The notes beneath the pieces are model-generated. The model was not told the origin of the DNA. It searched no databases and worked only from the letters and a program-made list of their open reading frames with translations. A stretch of 64,000 nt of DNA, from positions 19,158,001 through 19,222,000 of the forward strand of contig OZ059894.1 of the NCBI GenBank assembly GCA_964057225.1. The letters are read 5' to 3'. Below are positions 10,301 to 25,021 of the stretch, piece by piece. Positions within the stretch are counted from its first letter, which is position 1. Every line of letters starts with the position of its first letter. Both the position numbers and the translations under genes were made by a program. This DNA is from Auanema rhodensis. Taxonomy: Eukaryota > Animalia > Nematoda.

Positions 10301-12736
10301 GCTTAATACAAAAATTAGTTATGATCGTTTGAAAAATGATGCATTAGTGTATGTTGAGTTTCCATGTACACTCAACATTGCTTCCAAAAACATTTTGACA
10401 AAAATTTTTTCGAAAAATTTCAAAATAATTTAGCAAAAAATAGATGTTTTTAGATTCCATTTTTAAGGTAAAGACGATGGACAATGTTATTCAACGAAAA
10501 AATTAATTCTTCAGGGTGAAAATCGAGGATATAAGTGTGAACTTATATCAGTTGATATCTCGGTGCATTTTTAAGCTAGCGCAAATCTGATAACACAGAT
10601 CGACGCAGCTTAAAAATCCGCATCGAATGCACTATACTACATTGAGAAACGCTTAATACAAAAATTAGTTATGATCGTTTGAAAAATGATGCATTAGTGT
10701 ATGTTGAGTTTCCATGTACACTCAACATTGCTTCCAAAAACATTTTGACAAAAATTTTTTCGAAAAATTTCAAAATAATTTAGCAAAAAGTAGATGTTTT
10801 TAGATTCCATTTTTCAAGGCAAAGACGATGGACAATGTTATTCAACGAAAAAATTAATTCTTCAGGGTGAAAATCGAGGATATAAGTGTGAACTTATATC
10901 AGTTGATATCTCGGTGCATTTTTAAGCTAGCGCAAATCTGATAACACAGATCGACGCAGCTTAAAAATCCGCATCGAATGCACTATACTACATTGAGAAA
11001 CGCTTAATACAAAAATTAGTTATGATCGTTTAAAAAATGATGCATTAGTGTATGTTGAGTTTCCATGTACACTCAACATTGCTTCCAAAAACATTTTGAC
11101 AAAAATTTTTTCGAAAAATTTCAAAATAATTTAGCAAAAAGTAGATGTTTTTAGATTCCATTTTTCAAGGCAAAGACGATGGACAATGTTATTCAACGAA
11201 AAAATTAATTCTTCAGGGTGAAAATCGAGGATATAAGTGTGAACTTATATCAGTTGATATCTCGGTGCATTTTTAAGCTAGCGCAAATCTGATAACACAG
11301 ATCGACGCAGCTTAAAAATCCGCATCGAATGCACTATACTACATTGAGAAACGCTTAATACAAAAATTAGTTATGATCGTTTGAAAAATGATGCATTAGT
11401 GTATGTTGAGTTTCCATGTACACTCAACATTGCTTCCAAAAGATTTTGACAAAAATTTTTTCAAAAAATTTCAAAATAAATTAGCAAAAAGTAGATGTTT
11501 TTAGATTCCTTTTTTCAAGGCAAAGACGATGGACAATGTTATTCAACGAAAAAATTAATTCTTCAGGGTGAAAATCGAGGATATAAGTGTGAACTTATAT
11601 CAGTTGATATCTCGGTGCATTTCTAAGCTAGCGCAAATCTGTTAACACAGATCGACGCAGCTTAAAAATCCGCATCGAATGCACTATACTACGTTGAGAA
11701 ACGCTTAATACAAAAATTAGTTATGATCGTTTGAAAAATGATGCATTAGTGTATGTTGAGTTTCCATGTACACTCAACATTGCTTCCAAAAACATTTTGA
11801 CAAAAATTTTTTCGAAAAATTTCAAAATAATTTAGCAAAAAGTAGATGTTTTTAGATTCCATTTTTCAAGGCAAAGACGATGGACAATGTTATTCAACGA
11901 AAAAATTAATTCTTCAGGGTGAAAATCGAGGATATAAGTGTGAACTTATATCAGTTGATATCTCGGTGCATTTTTAAGCTAGCGCAAATCTGATAACACA
12001 GATCGACGCAGCTTAAAAATCCGCATCGAATGCACTATACTACATTGAGAAACGCTTAATACAAAAATTAGTTATGATCGTTTGAAAAATGATGCATTAG
12101 TGTATGTTGAGTTTCCATGTACACTCAACATTGCTTCCAAAAACATTTTGACAAAAATTTTTTCGAAAAATTTCAAAATAATTTAGCAAAAAGTAGATGT
12201 TTTTAGATTCCATTTTTTAAGGTAAAGACGATGGACAATGTTATTCAACGAAAAAATTAATTCTTCAGGGTGAAAATCGAGGATATAAGTGTGAACTTAT
12301 ATCAGTTGATACCTCGGTGCTTTTTTAAGCTAGCGCAAATCTGATAACACAGATCGACGCAGCTTAAAAATCCGCATCGAATGCACTATACTACATTGAG
12401 AAACGCTTAATACAAAAATTAGTTATGATCGTTTGAAAAATGATGCATTAGTGTATGTTGAGTTTCCATGTACACTCAACATTGCTTCCAAAAACATTTT
12501 GACAAAAATTTTTTCGAAAAATTTCAAAATAATTTAGCAAAAAGTAGATGTTTTTAGATTCCATTTTTTAAGGTAAAGACGATGGACAATGTTATTCAAC
12601 GAAAAAATTAATTCTTCAGGGTGAAAATCGAGGATATAAGTGTGAACTTATATCAGTTGATATCTCGGTGCATTTTTAAGCTAGCGCAAATCTGATAACA
12701 CAGATCGACGCAGCTTAAAAATCCGCATCGAATGCA
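4317..12736. repeat. Variant domain B, with a 6-monomer-offset duplication (8879-9930 resembles 10983-12034)
   Basis: Markers are TTTTAAGGTA, GATACC+GCTTTTTT, ACACAAATT, CTGTTAAC and CTACGTTG. A distinctive 350-bp monomer (CCAAAAGAT, TTTCTAAG) occurs at 9230 and 11334, offset 2104. Confidence 0.8.
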
Positions 12737-15700
12737 CTATACTACATTGAGAAACGCTTAATACAAAAAATAGTTATGATCGTTTGAAAAATGATGCATT
12801 AGTGTATGTTGAGTTTCCATGTACACTCAACATTGCTTCCAAAAACATTTTGACAAAAATTTTTTCGAAAAATTTCAAAATAATTTAGCAAAAAGTAGAT
12901 GTTTTTAGATTCCATTTTTCAAGGCAAAGACGATGGACAATGTTATTCAACGAAAAAATTAATTCTTCAGGGTGAAAATCGAGGATATAAGTGTGAACTT
13001 ATATCAGTTGATATCTCGGTGCATTTTTAAGCTAGCGCAAATCTGATAACACAGATCGACGCAGCTTAAAAATCCGCATCGAATGCACTATACTACATTG
13101 AGAAACGCTTAATACAAAAATTAGTTATGATCGTTTGAAAAATGATGCATTAGTGTATGTTGAGTTTCCATGTACACTCAACATTGCTTCCAAAAACATT
13201 TTGACAAAAATTTTTTCGAAAAATTTCAAAATAATTTAGCAAAAAGTAGATGTTTTTAGATTCCATTTTTCAAGGCAAAGACGATGGACAATGTTATTCA
13301 ACGAAAAAATTAATTCTTCAGGGTGAAAATCGAGGATATAAGTGTGAACTTATATCAGTTGATATCTCGGTGCATTTTTAAGCTAGCGCAAATCTGATAA
13401 CACAGATCGACGCAGCTTAAAAATCCGCATCGAATGCACTATACTACATTGAGAAACGCTTAATACAAAAATTAGTTATGATCGTTTAAAAAATGATGCA
13501 TTAGTGTATGTTGAGTTTCCATGTACACTCAACATTGCTTCCAAAAACATTTTGACAAAAATTTTTTCGAAAAATTCCAAGATAATTTAGCAAAAAGTAG
13601 ATGTTTTTAGATTCCATTTTTCAAGGCAAAGACGATGGACAATGTTATTCAACGAAAAAATTAATTCTTCAGGGTGAAAATCGAGGATATAAGTGTGAAC
13701 TTATATCAGTTGATATCTCGGTGCATTTTTAAGCTAGCGCAAATCTGATAACACAGATCGACGCAGCTTAAAAATCCGCATCGAATGCACTATACTACAT
13801 TGAGAAACGCTTAATACAAAAATTAGTTATGATCGTTTGAAAAATGATGCATTAGTGTATGTTGAGTTTCCATGTACACTCAACATTGCTTCCAAAAACA
13901 TTTTGACAAAAATTTTTTCGAAAAATTTCAAAATAATTTAGCAAAAAGTAGATGTTTTTAGATTCCATTTTTCAAGGCAAAGACGATGGACAATGTTATT
14001 CAACGAAAAAATTAATTCTTCAGGGTGAAAATCGAGGATATAAGTGTGAACTTATATCAGTTGATATCTCGGTGCATTTTTAAGCTAGCGCAAATCTGAT
14101 AACACAGATCGACGCAGCTTAAAAATCCGCATCGAATGCACTATACTACATTGAGAAACGCTTAATACAAAAATTAGTTATGATCGTTTGAAAAATGATG
14201 CATTAGTGTATGTTGAGTTTCCATGTACACTCAACATTGCTTCCAAAAACATTTTGACAAAAATTTTTTCGAAAAATTTCAAAATAATTTAGCAAAAAGT
14301 AGATGTTTTTAGATTCCATTTTTCAAGGCAAAGACGATGGACAATGTTATTCAACGAAAAAATTAATTCTTCAGGGTGAAAATCGAGGATATAAGTGTGA
14401 ACTTATATCAGTTGATATCTCGGTGCATTTTTAAGCTAGCGCAAATCTGATAACACAGATCGACGCAGCTTAAAAATCCGCATCGAATGCACTATACTAC
14501 ATTGAGAAACGCTTAATACAAAAATTAGTTATGATCGTTTGAAAAATGATGCATTAGTGTATGTTGAGTTTCCATGTACACTCAACATTGCTTCCAAAAA
14601 CATTTTGACAAAAATTTTTTCGAAAAATTTCAAAATAATTTAGCAAAAAGTAGATGTTTTTAGATTCCATTTTTCAAGGCAAAGACGATGGACAATGTTA
14701 TTCAACGAAAAAATTAATTCTTCAGGGTGAAAATCGAGGATATAAGTGTGAACTTTTATCAGTTGATATCTCGGTGCATCTTTAAGCTAGCGCAAATCTG
14801 ATAACACAGATCGACGCAGCTTAAAAATCCGCATCGAATGCACTATACTACATTGAGAAACGCTTAATACAAATATTAGTTATGATCGTTTGAAAAATGA
14901 TGCATTAGTGTATGTTGAGTTTCCATGTACACTCAACATTGCTTCCAAAAACATTTTGACAAAAATTTTTTCGAAAAATTTCAAAATAATTTAGCAAAAA
15001 GTAGATGTTTTTAGATTCCATTTTTCAAGGCAAAGACGATGGACAATGTTATTCAACGAAAAAATTAATTCTTCAGGGTGAAAATCGAGGATATAAGTGT
15101 GAACTTATATCAGTTGATATCTCGGTGCATTTTTAAGCTAGCGCAAATCTGATAACACAGATCGACGCAGCTTAAAAATCCGCATCGAATGCACTATACT
15201 ACATTGAGAAACGCTTAATACAAAAATTAGTTATGATCGTTTGAAAAATGATGCATTAGTGTATGTTGAGTTTCCATGTACACTCAACATTGCTTCCAAA
15301 AACATTTTGACAAAAATTTTTTCGAAAAATTTCAAAATAATTTAGCAAAAAGTAGATGTTTTTAGATTCCATTTTTCAAGGCAAAGACGATGGACAATGT
15401 TATTCAACGAAAAAATTAATTCTTCAGGGTGAAAATCGAGGATATAAGTGTGAACTTATATCAGTTGATATCTCGGTGCATTTTTAAGCTAGCGCAAATC
15501 TGATAACACAGATCGACGCAGCTTAAAAATCCGCATCGAATGCACTATACTACATTGAGAAACGCTTAATACAAAAATTAGTTATGATCGTTTGAAAAAT
15601 GATGCATTAGTGTATGTTGAGTTTCCATGTACACTCAACATTGCTTCCAAAAACATTTTGACAAAAATTTTTTCGAAAAATTTCAAAATAATTTAGCAAA

Positions 15701-18700
15701 AAGTAGATGTTTTTAGATTCCATTTTTCAAGGCAAAGACGATGGACAATGTTATTCAACGAAAAAATTAATTCTTCAGGGTGAAAATCGAGGATATAAGT
15801 GTGAACTTTTATCAGTTGATATCTCGGTGCATCTTTAAGCTAGCGCAAATCTGATAACACAGATCGACGCAGCTTAAAAATCCGCATCGAATGCACTATA
15901 CTACATTGAGAAACGCTTAATACAAATATTAGTTATGATCGTTTGAAAAATGATGCATTAGTGTATGTTGAGTTTCCATGTACACTCAACATTGCTTCCA
16001 AAAACATTTTGACAAAAATTTTTTCGAAAAATTTCAAAATAATTTAGCAAAAAGTAGATGTTTTTAGATTCCATTTTTCAAGGCAAAGACGATGGACAAT
16101 GTTATTCAACGAAAAAATTAATTCTTCAGGGTGAAAATCGAGGATATAAGTGTGAACTTATATCAGTTGATATCTCGGTGCATTTTTAAGCTAGCGCAAA
16201 TCTGATAACACAGATCGACGCAGCTTAAAAATCCGCATCGAATGCACTATACTACATTGAGAAACGCTTAATACAAAAATTAGTTATGATCGTTTGAAAA
16301 ATGATGCATTAGTGTATGTTGAGTTTCCATGTACACTCAACATTGCTTCCAAAAACATTTTGACAAAAATTTTTTCGAAAAATTTCAAAATAATTTAGCA
16401 AAAAGTAGATGTTTTTAGATTCCATTTTTCAAGGCAAAGACGATGGACAATGTTATTCAACGAAAAAATTAATTCTTCAGGGTGAAAATCGAGGATATAA
16501 GTGTGAACTTTTATCAGTTGATATCTCGGTGCATCTTTAAGCTAGCGCAAATCTGATAACACAGATCGACGCAGCTTAAAAATCCGCATCGAATGCACTA
16601 TACTACATTGAGAAACGCTTAATACAAAAATTAGTTATGATCGTTTGAAAAATGATGCATTAGTGTATGTTGAGTTTCCATGTACACTCAACATTGCTTC
16701 CAAAAACATTTTGACAAAAATTTTTTCGAAAAATTTCAAAATAATTTAGCAAAAAGTAGATGTTTTTAGATTCCATTTTTCAAGGCAAAGACGATGGACA
16801 ATGTTATTCAACGAAAAAATTAATTCTTCAGGGTGAAAATCGAGGATATAAGTGTGAACTTTTATCAGTTGATATCTCGGTGCATCTTTAAGCTAGCGCA
16901 AATCTGATAACACAGATCGACGCAGCTTAAAAATCCGCATCGAATGCACTATACTACATTGAGAAACGCTTAATACAAAAATTAGTTATGATCGTTTGAA
17001 AAATGATGCATTAGTGTATGTTGAGTTTCCATGTACACTCAACATTGCTTCCAAAAACATTTTGACAAAAATTTTTTCGAAAAATTTCAAAATAATTTAG
17101 CAAAAAGTAGATGTTTTTAGATTCCATTTTTCAAGGCAAAGACGATGGACAATGTTATTCAACGAAAAAATTAATTCTTCAGGGTGAAAATCGAGGATAT
17201 AAGTGTGAACTTTTATCAGTTGATATCTCGGTGCATTTTTAAGCTAGCGCAAATCTGATAACACAGATCGACGCAGCTTAAAAATCCGCATCGAATGCAC
17301 TATACTACATTGAGAAACGCTTAATACAAAAATTAGTTATGATCGTTTGAAAAATGATGCATTAGTGTATGTTGAGTTTCCATGTACACTCAACATTGCT
17401 TCCAAAAACATTTTGACAAAAATTTTTTCGAAAAATTTCAAAATAATTTAGCAAAAAGTAGATGTTTTTAGATTCCATTTTTCAAGGCAAAGACGATGGA
17501 CAATGTTATTCAACGAAAAAATTAATTCTTCAGGGTGAAAATCGAGGATATAAGTGTGAACTTATATCAGTTGATATCTCGGTGCATTTTTAAGCTAGCG
17601 CAAATCTGATAACACAGATCGACGCAGCTTAAAAATCCGCATCGAATGCACTATACTACATTGAGAAACGCTTAATACAAAAATTAGTTATGATCGTTTG
17701 AAAAATGATGCATTAGTGTATGTTGAGTTTCCATGTACACTCAACATTGCTTCCAAAAACATTTTGACAAAAATTTTTTCGAAAAATTTCAAAATAATTT
17801 AGCAAAAAGTAGATGTTTTTAGATTCCATTTTTCAAGGCAAAGACGATGGACAATGTTATTCAACGAAAAAATTAATTCTTCAGGGTGAAAATCGAGGAT
17901 ATAAGTGTGAACTTATATCAGTTGATATCTCGGTGCATTTTTAAGCTAGCGCAAATCTGATAACACAGATCGACGCAGCTTAAAAATCCGCATCGAATGC
18001 ACTATACTACATTGAGAAACGCTTAATACAAAAATTAGTTATGATCGTTTGAAAAATGATGCATTAGTGTATGTTGAGTTTCCATGTACACTCAACATTG
18101 CTTCCAAAAACATTTTGACAAAAATTTTTTCGAAAAATTCCAAAATAATTTAGCAAAAAGTAGATGTTTTTAGATTCCATTTTTCAAGGCAAAGACGATG
18201 GACAATGTTATTCAACGAAAAAATTAATTCTTCAGGGTGAAAATCGAGGATATAAGTGTGAACTTATATCAGTTGATATCTCGGTGCATTTTTAAGCTAG
18301 CGCAAATCTGATAACACAGATCGACGCAGCTTAAAAATCCGCATCGAATGCACTATACTACATTGAGAAACGCTTAATACAAAAATTAGTTATGATCGTT
18401 TGAAAAATGATGCATTAGTGTATGTTGAGTTTCCATGTACACTCAACATTGCTTCCAAAAACATTTTGACAAAAATTTTTTCGAAAAATTTCAAAATAAT
18501 TTAGCAAAAAGTAGATGTTTTTAGATTCCATTTTTCAAGGCAAAGACGATGGACAATGTTATTCAACGAAAAAATTAATTCTTCAGGGTGAAAATCGAGG
18601 ATATAAGTGTGAACTTATATCAGTTGATATCTCGGTGCATTTTTAAGCTAGCGCAAATCTGATAACACAGATCGACGCAGCTTAAAAATCCGCATCGAAT

Positions 18701-21700
18701 GCACTATACTACATTGAGAAACGCTTAATACAAAAATTAGTTATGATCGTTTGAAAAATGATGCATTAGTGTATGTTGAGTTTCCATGTACACTCAACAT
18801 TGCTTCCAAAAACATTTTGACAAAAATTTTTTCGAAAAATTCCAAAATAATTTAGCAAAAAGTAGATGTTTTTAGATTCCATTTTTCAAGGCAAAGACGA
18901 TGGACAATGTTATTCAACGAAAAAATTAATTCTTCAGGGTGAAAATCGAGGATATAAGTGTGAACTTATATCAGTTGATATCTCGGTGCATTTTTAAGCT
19001 AGCGCAAATCTGATAACACAGATCGACGCAGCTTAAAAATCCGCATCGAATGCACTATACTACATTGAGAAACGCTTAATACAAAAATTAGTTATGATCG
19101 TTTGAAAAATGATGCATTAGTGTATGTTGAGTTTCCATGTACACTCAACATTGCTTCCAAAAACATTTTGACAAAAATTTTTTCGAAAAATTTCAAAATA
19201 ATTTAGCAAAAAGTAGATGTTTTTAGATTCCATTTTTCAAGGCAAAGACGATGGACAATGTTATTCAACGAAAAAATTAATTCTTCAGGGTGAAAATCGA
19301 GGATATAAGTGTGAACTTATATCAGTTGATATCTCGGTGCATTTTTAAGCTAGCGCAAATCTGATAACACAGATCGACGCAGCTTAAAAATCCGCATCGA
19401 ATGCACTATACTACATTGAGAAACGCTTAATACAAAAATTAGTTATGATCGTTTGAAAAATGATGCATTAGTGTATGTTGAGTTTCCATGTACACTCAAC
19501 ATTGCTTCCAAAAACATTTTGACAAAAATTTTTTCGAAAAATTCCAAAATAATTTAGCAAAAAGTAGATGTTTTTAGATTCCATTTTTCAAGGCAAAGAC
19601 GATGGACAATGTTATTCAACGAAAAAATTAATTCTTCAGGGTGAAAATCGAGGATATAAGTGTGAACTTATATCAGTTGATATCTCGGTGCATTTTTAAG
19701 CTAGCGCAAATCTGATAACACAGATCGACGCAGCTTAAAAATCCGCATCGAATGCACTATACTACATTGAGAAACGCTTAATACAAAAATTAGTTATGAT
19801 CGTTTGAAAAATGATGCATTAGTGTATGTTGAGTTTCCATGTACACTCAACATTGCTTCCAAAAACATTTTGACAAAAATTTTTTCGAAAAATTTCAAAA
19901 TAATTTAGCAAAAAGTAGATGTTTTTAGATTCCATTTTTCAAGGCAAAGACGATGGACAATGTTATTCAACGAAAAAATTAATTCTTCAGGGTGAAAATC
20001 GAGGATATAAGTGTGAACTTATATCAGTTGATATCTCGGTGCATTTTTGAGCTAGCGCAAATCTGATAACACAGATCGACGCAGCTTAAAAATCCGCATC
20101 GAATGCACTATACTACATTGAGAAACGCTTAATACAAAAATTAGTTATGATCGTTTGAAAAATGATGCATTAGTGTATGTTGAGTTTCCATGTACACTCA
20201 ACATTGCTTCCAAAAACATTTTGACAAAAATTTTTTCGAAAAATTTCAAAATAATTTAGCAAAAAGTAGATGTTTTTAGATTCCATTTTTCAAGGCAAAG
20301 ACGATGGACAATGTTATTCAACGAAAAAATTAATTCTTCAGGGTGAAAATCGAGGATATAAGTGTGAACTTTTATCAGTTGATATCTCGGTGCATCTTTA
20401 AGCTAGCGCAAATCTGATAACACAGATCGACGCAGCTTAAAAATCCGCATCGAATGCACTATACTACATTGAGAAACGCTTAATACAAAAATTAGTTATG
20501 ATCGTTTGAAAAATGATGCATTAGTGTATGTTGAGTTTCCATGTACACTCAACATTGCTTCCAAAAACATTTTGACAAAAATTTTTTCGAAAAATTTCAA
20601 AATAATTTAGCAAAAAGTAGATGTTTTTAGATTCCTTTTTTCAAGGCAAAGACGATGGACAATGTTATTCAACGAAAAAATTAATTCTTCAGGGTGAAAA
20701 TCGAGGATATAAGTGTGAACTTATATCAGTTGATATCTGGGTGCATTTTTAAGCTAGCGCAAATCTGATAACACAGATCGACGCAGCTTAAAAATCCGCA
20801 TCGAATGCACTATACTACATTGAGAAACGCTTAATACAAAAATTAGTTATGATCGTTTGAAAAATGATGCATTAGTGTATGTTGAGTTTCCATGTACACT
20901 CAACATTGCTTCCAAAAACATTTTGACAAAAATTTTTTCGAAAAATTCCAAAATAATTTAGCAAAAAGTAGATGTTTTTAGATTCCATTTTTCAAGGCAA
21001 AGACGATGGACAATGTTATTCAACGAAAAAATTAATTCTTCAGGGTGAAAATCGAGGATATAAGTGTGAACTTATATCAGTTGATATCTCGGTGCATTTT
21101 TAAGCTAGCGCAAATCTGATAACACAGATCGACGCAGCTTAAAAATCCGCATCGAATGCACTATACTACATTGAGAAACGCTTAATACAAAAATTAGTTA
21201 TGATCGTTTGAAAAATGATGCATTAGTGTATGTTGAGTTTCCATGTACACTCAACATTGCTTCCAAAAACATTTTGACAAAAATTTTTTCGAAAAATTTC
21301 AAAATAATTTAGCAAAAAGTAGATGTTTTTAGATTCCATTTTTCAAGGCAAAGACGATGGACAATGTTATTCAACGAAAAAATTAATTCTTCAGGGTGAA
21401 AATCGAGGATATAAGTGTGAACTTATATCAGTTGATATCTCGGTGCATTTTTAAGCTAGCGCAAATCTGATAACACAGATCGACGCAGCTTAAAAATCCG
21501 CATCGAATGCACTATACTACATTGAGAAACGCTTAATACAAAAATTAGTTATGATCGTTTGAAAAATGATGCATTAGTGTATGTTGAGTTTCCATGTACA
21601 CTCAACATTGCTTCCAAAAACATTTTGACAAAAATTTTTTCGAAAAATTCCAAAATAATTTAGCAAAAAGTAGATGTTTTTAGATTCCATTTTTCAAGGC

Positions 21701-24700
21701 AAAGACGATGGACAATGTTATTCAACGAAAAAATTAATTCTTCAGGGTGAAAATCGAGGATATAAGTGTGAACTTATATCAGTTGATATCTCGGTGCATT
21801 TTTAAGCTAGCGCAAATCTGATAACACAGATCGACGCAGCTTAAAAATCCGCATCGAATGCACTATACTACATTGAGAAACGCTTAATACAAAAATTAGT
21901 TATGATCGTTTGAAAAATGATGCATTAGTGTATGTTGAGTTTCCATGTACACTCAACATTGCTTCCAAAAACATTTTGACAAAAATTTTTTCGAAAAATT
22001 TCAAAATAATTTAGCAAAAAGTAGATGTTTTTAGATTCCATTTTTCAAGGCAAAGACGATGGACAATGTTATTCAACGAAAAAATTAATTCTTCAGGGTG
22101 AAAATCGAGGATATAAGTGTGAACTTATATCAGTTGATATCTCGGTGCATTTTTGAGCTAGCGCAAATCTGATAACACAGATCGACGCAGCTTAAAAATC
22201 CGCATCGAATGCACTATACTACATTGAGAAACGCTTAATACAAAAATTAGTTATGATCGTTTGAAAAATGATGCATTAGTGTATGTTGAGTTTCCATGTA
22301 CACTCAACATTGCTTCCAAAAACATTTTGACAAAAATTTTTTCGAAAAATTTCAAAATAATTTAGCAAAAAGTAGATGTTTTTAGATTCCATTTTTCAAG
22401 GCAAAGACGATGGACAATGTTATTCAACGAAAAAATTAATTCTTCAGGGTGAAAATCGAGGATATAAGTGTGAACTTTTATCAGTTGATATCTCGGTGCA
22501 TCTTTAAGCTAGCGCAAATCTGATAACACAGATCGACGCAGCTTAAAAATCCGCATCGAATGCACTATACTACATTGAGAAACGCTTAATACAAAAATTA
22601 GTTATGATCGTTTGAAAAATGATGCATTAGTGTATGTTGAGTTTCCATGTACACTCAACATTGCTTCCAAAAACATTTTGACAAAAATTTTTTCGAAAAA
22701 TTTCAAAATAATTTAGCAAAAAGTAGATGTTTTTAGATTCCATTTTTCAAGGCAAAGACGATGGACAATGTTATTCAACGAAAAAATTAATTCTTCAGGG
22801 TGAAAATCGAGGATATAAGTGTGAACTTATATCAGTTGATATCTCGGTGCATTTTTGAGCTAGCGCAAATCTGATAACACAGATCGACGCAGCTTAAAAA
22901 TCCGCATCGAATGCACTATACTACATTGAGAAACGCTTAATACAAAAATTAGTTATGATCGTTTGAAAAATGATGCATTAGTGTATGTTGAGTTTCCATG
23001 TACACTCAACATTGCTTCCAAAAACATTTTGACAAAAATTTTTTCGAAAAATTTCAAAATAATTTAGCAAAAAGTAGATGTTTTTAGATTCCATTTTTCA
23101 AGGCAAAGACGATGGACAATGTTATTCAACGAAAAAATTAATTCTTCAGGGTGAAAATCGAGGATATAAGTGTGAACTTTTATCAGTTGATATCTCGGTG
23201 CATCTTTAAGCTAGCGCAAATCTGATAACACAGATCGACGCAGCTTAAAAATCCGCATCGAATGCACTATACTACATTGAGAAACGCTTAATACAAAAAT
23301 TAGTTATGATCGTTTGAAAAATGATGCATTAGTGTATGTTGAGTTTCCATGTACACTCAACATTGCTTCCAAAAACATTTTGACAAAAATTTTTTCGAAA
23401 AATTTCAAAATAATTTAGCAAAAAGTAGATGTTTTTAGATTCCATTTTTCAAGGCAAAGACGATGGACAATGTTATTCAACGAAAAAATTAATTCTTCAG
23501 GGTGAAAATCGAGGATATAAGTGTGAACTTATATCAGTTGATATCTCGGTGCATTTTTAAGCTAGCGCAAATCTGATAACACAGATCGACGCAGCTTAAA
23601 AATCCGCATCGAATGCACTATACTACATTGAGAAACGCTTAATACAAAAATTAGTTATGATCGTTTGAAAAATGATGCATTAGTGTATGTTGAGTTTCCA
23701 TGTACACTCAACATTGCTTCCAAAAACATTTTGACAAAAATTTTTTCGAAAAATTTCAAAATAATTTAGCAAAAAGTAGATGTTTTTAGATTCCATTTTT
23801 CAAGGCAAAGACGATGGACAATGTTATTCAACGAAAAAATTAATTCTTCAGGGTGAAAATCGAGGATATAAGTGTGAACTTATATCAGTTGATATCTCGG
23901 TGCATTTTTAAGCTAGCGCAAATCTGATAACACAGATCGACGCAGCTTAAAAATCCGCATCGAATGCACTATACTACATTGAGAAACGCTTAATACAAAA
24001 ACTAGTTATGATCGTTTGAAAAATGATGCATTAGTGTATGTTGAGTTTCCATGTACACTCAACATTGCTTCCAAAAACATTTTGACAAAAATTTTTTCGA
24101 AAAATTTCAAAATAATTTAGCAAAAAGTAGATGTTTTTAGATTCCATTTTTCAAGGCAAAGACGATGGACAATGTTATTCAATGAAAAAATTAATTCTTC
24201 AGGGTGAAAATCGAGGATATAAGTGTGAACTTATATCAGTTGATATCTCGGTGCATTTTTAAGCTAGCGCAAATCTGATAACACAGATCGACGCAGCTTA
24301 AAAATCCGCATCGAATGCACTATACTACATTGAGAAAAGCTTAATACAAAAATTAGTTATGATCGTTTGAAAAATGATGCATTAGTGTATGTTGAGTTTC
24401 CATGTACACTCAACATTGCTTCCAAAAACATTTTGACAAAAATTTTTTCGAAAAATTTCAAAATAATTTAGCAAAAAGTAGATGTTTTTAGATTCCATTT
24501 TTCAAGGCAAAGACGATGGACAATGTTATTCAACGAAAAAATTAATTCTTCAGGGTGAAAATCGAGGATATAAGTGTGAACTTATATCAGTTGATATCTC
24601 GGTGCATTTTTAAGCTAGCGCAAATCTGATAACACAGATCGACGCAGCTTAAAAATCCGCATCGAATGCACTATACTACATTGAGAAACGCTTAATACAA

Positions 24701-25021
24701 AAATTAGTTATGATCGTTTGAAAAATGATGCATTAGTGTATGTTGAGTTTCCATGTACACTCAACATTGCTTCCAAAAACATTTTGACAAAAATTTTTTC
24801 GAAAAATTCCAAAATAATTTAGCAAAAAGTAGATGTTTTTAGATTCCATTTTTCAAGGCAAAGACGATGGACAATGTTATTCAACGAAAAAATTAATTCT
24901 TCAGGGTGAAAATCGAGGATATAAGTGTGAACTTATATCAGTTGATATCTCGGTGCATTTTTAAGCTAGCGCAAATCTGATAACACAGATCGACGCAGCT
25001 TAAAAATCCGCATCGAATGCA
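12737..25021. repeat. Variant domain C: near-identical monomers with 2-, 3- and 6-monomer-offset duplications
   Basis: Many monomers equal the local consensus. AAATTCC occurs at 18140/18842/19544/20948/21650, TTTTGAGC at 20049/22155/22857, and ACTTTTATC at 20372/22478/23180 (offsets 702 and 2106). AAATATTAG at 14874/15927 is offset 1053. Confidence 0.85.
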
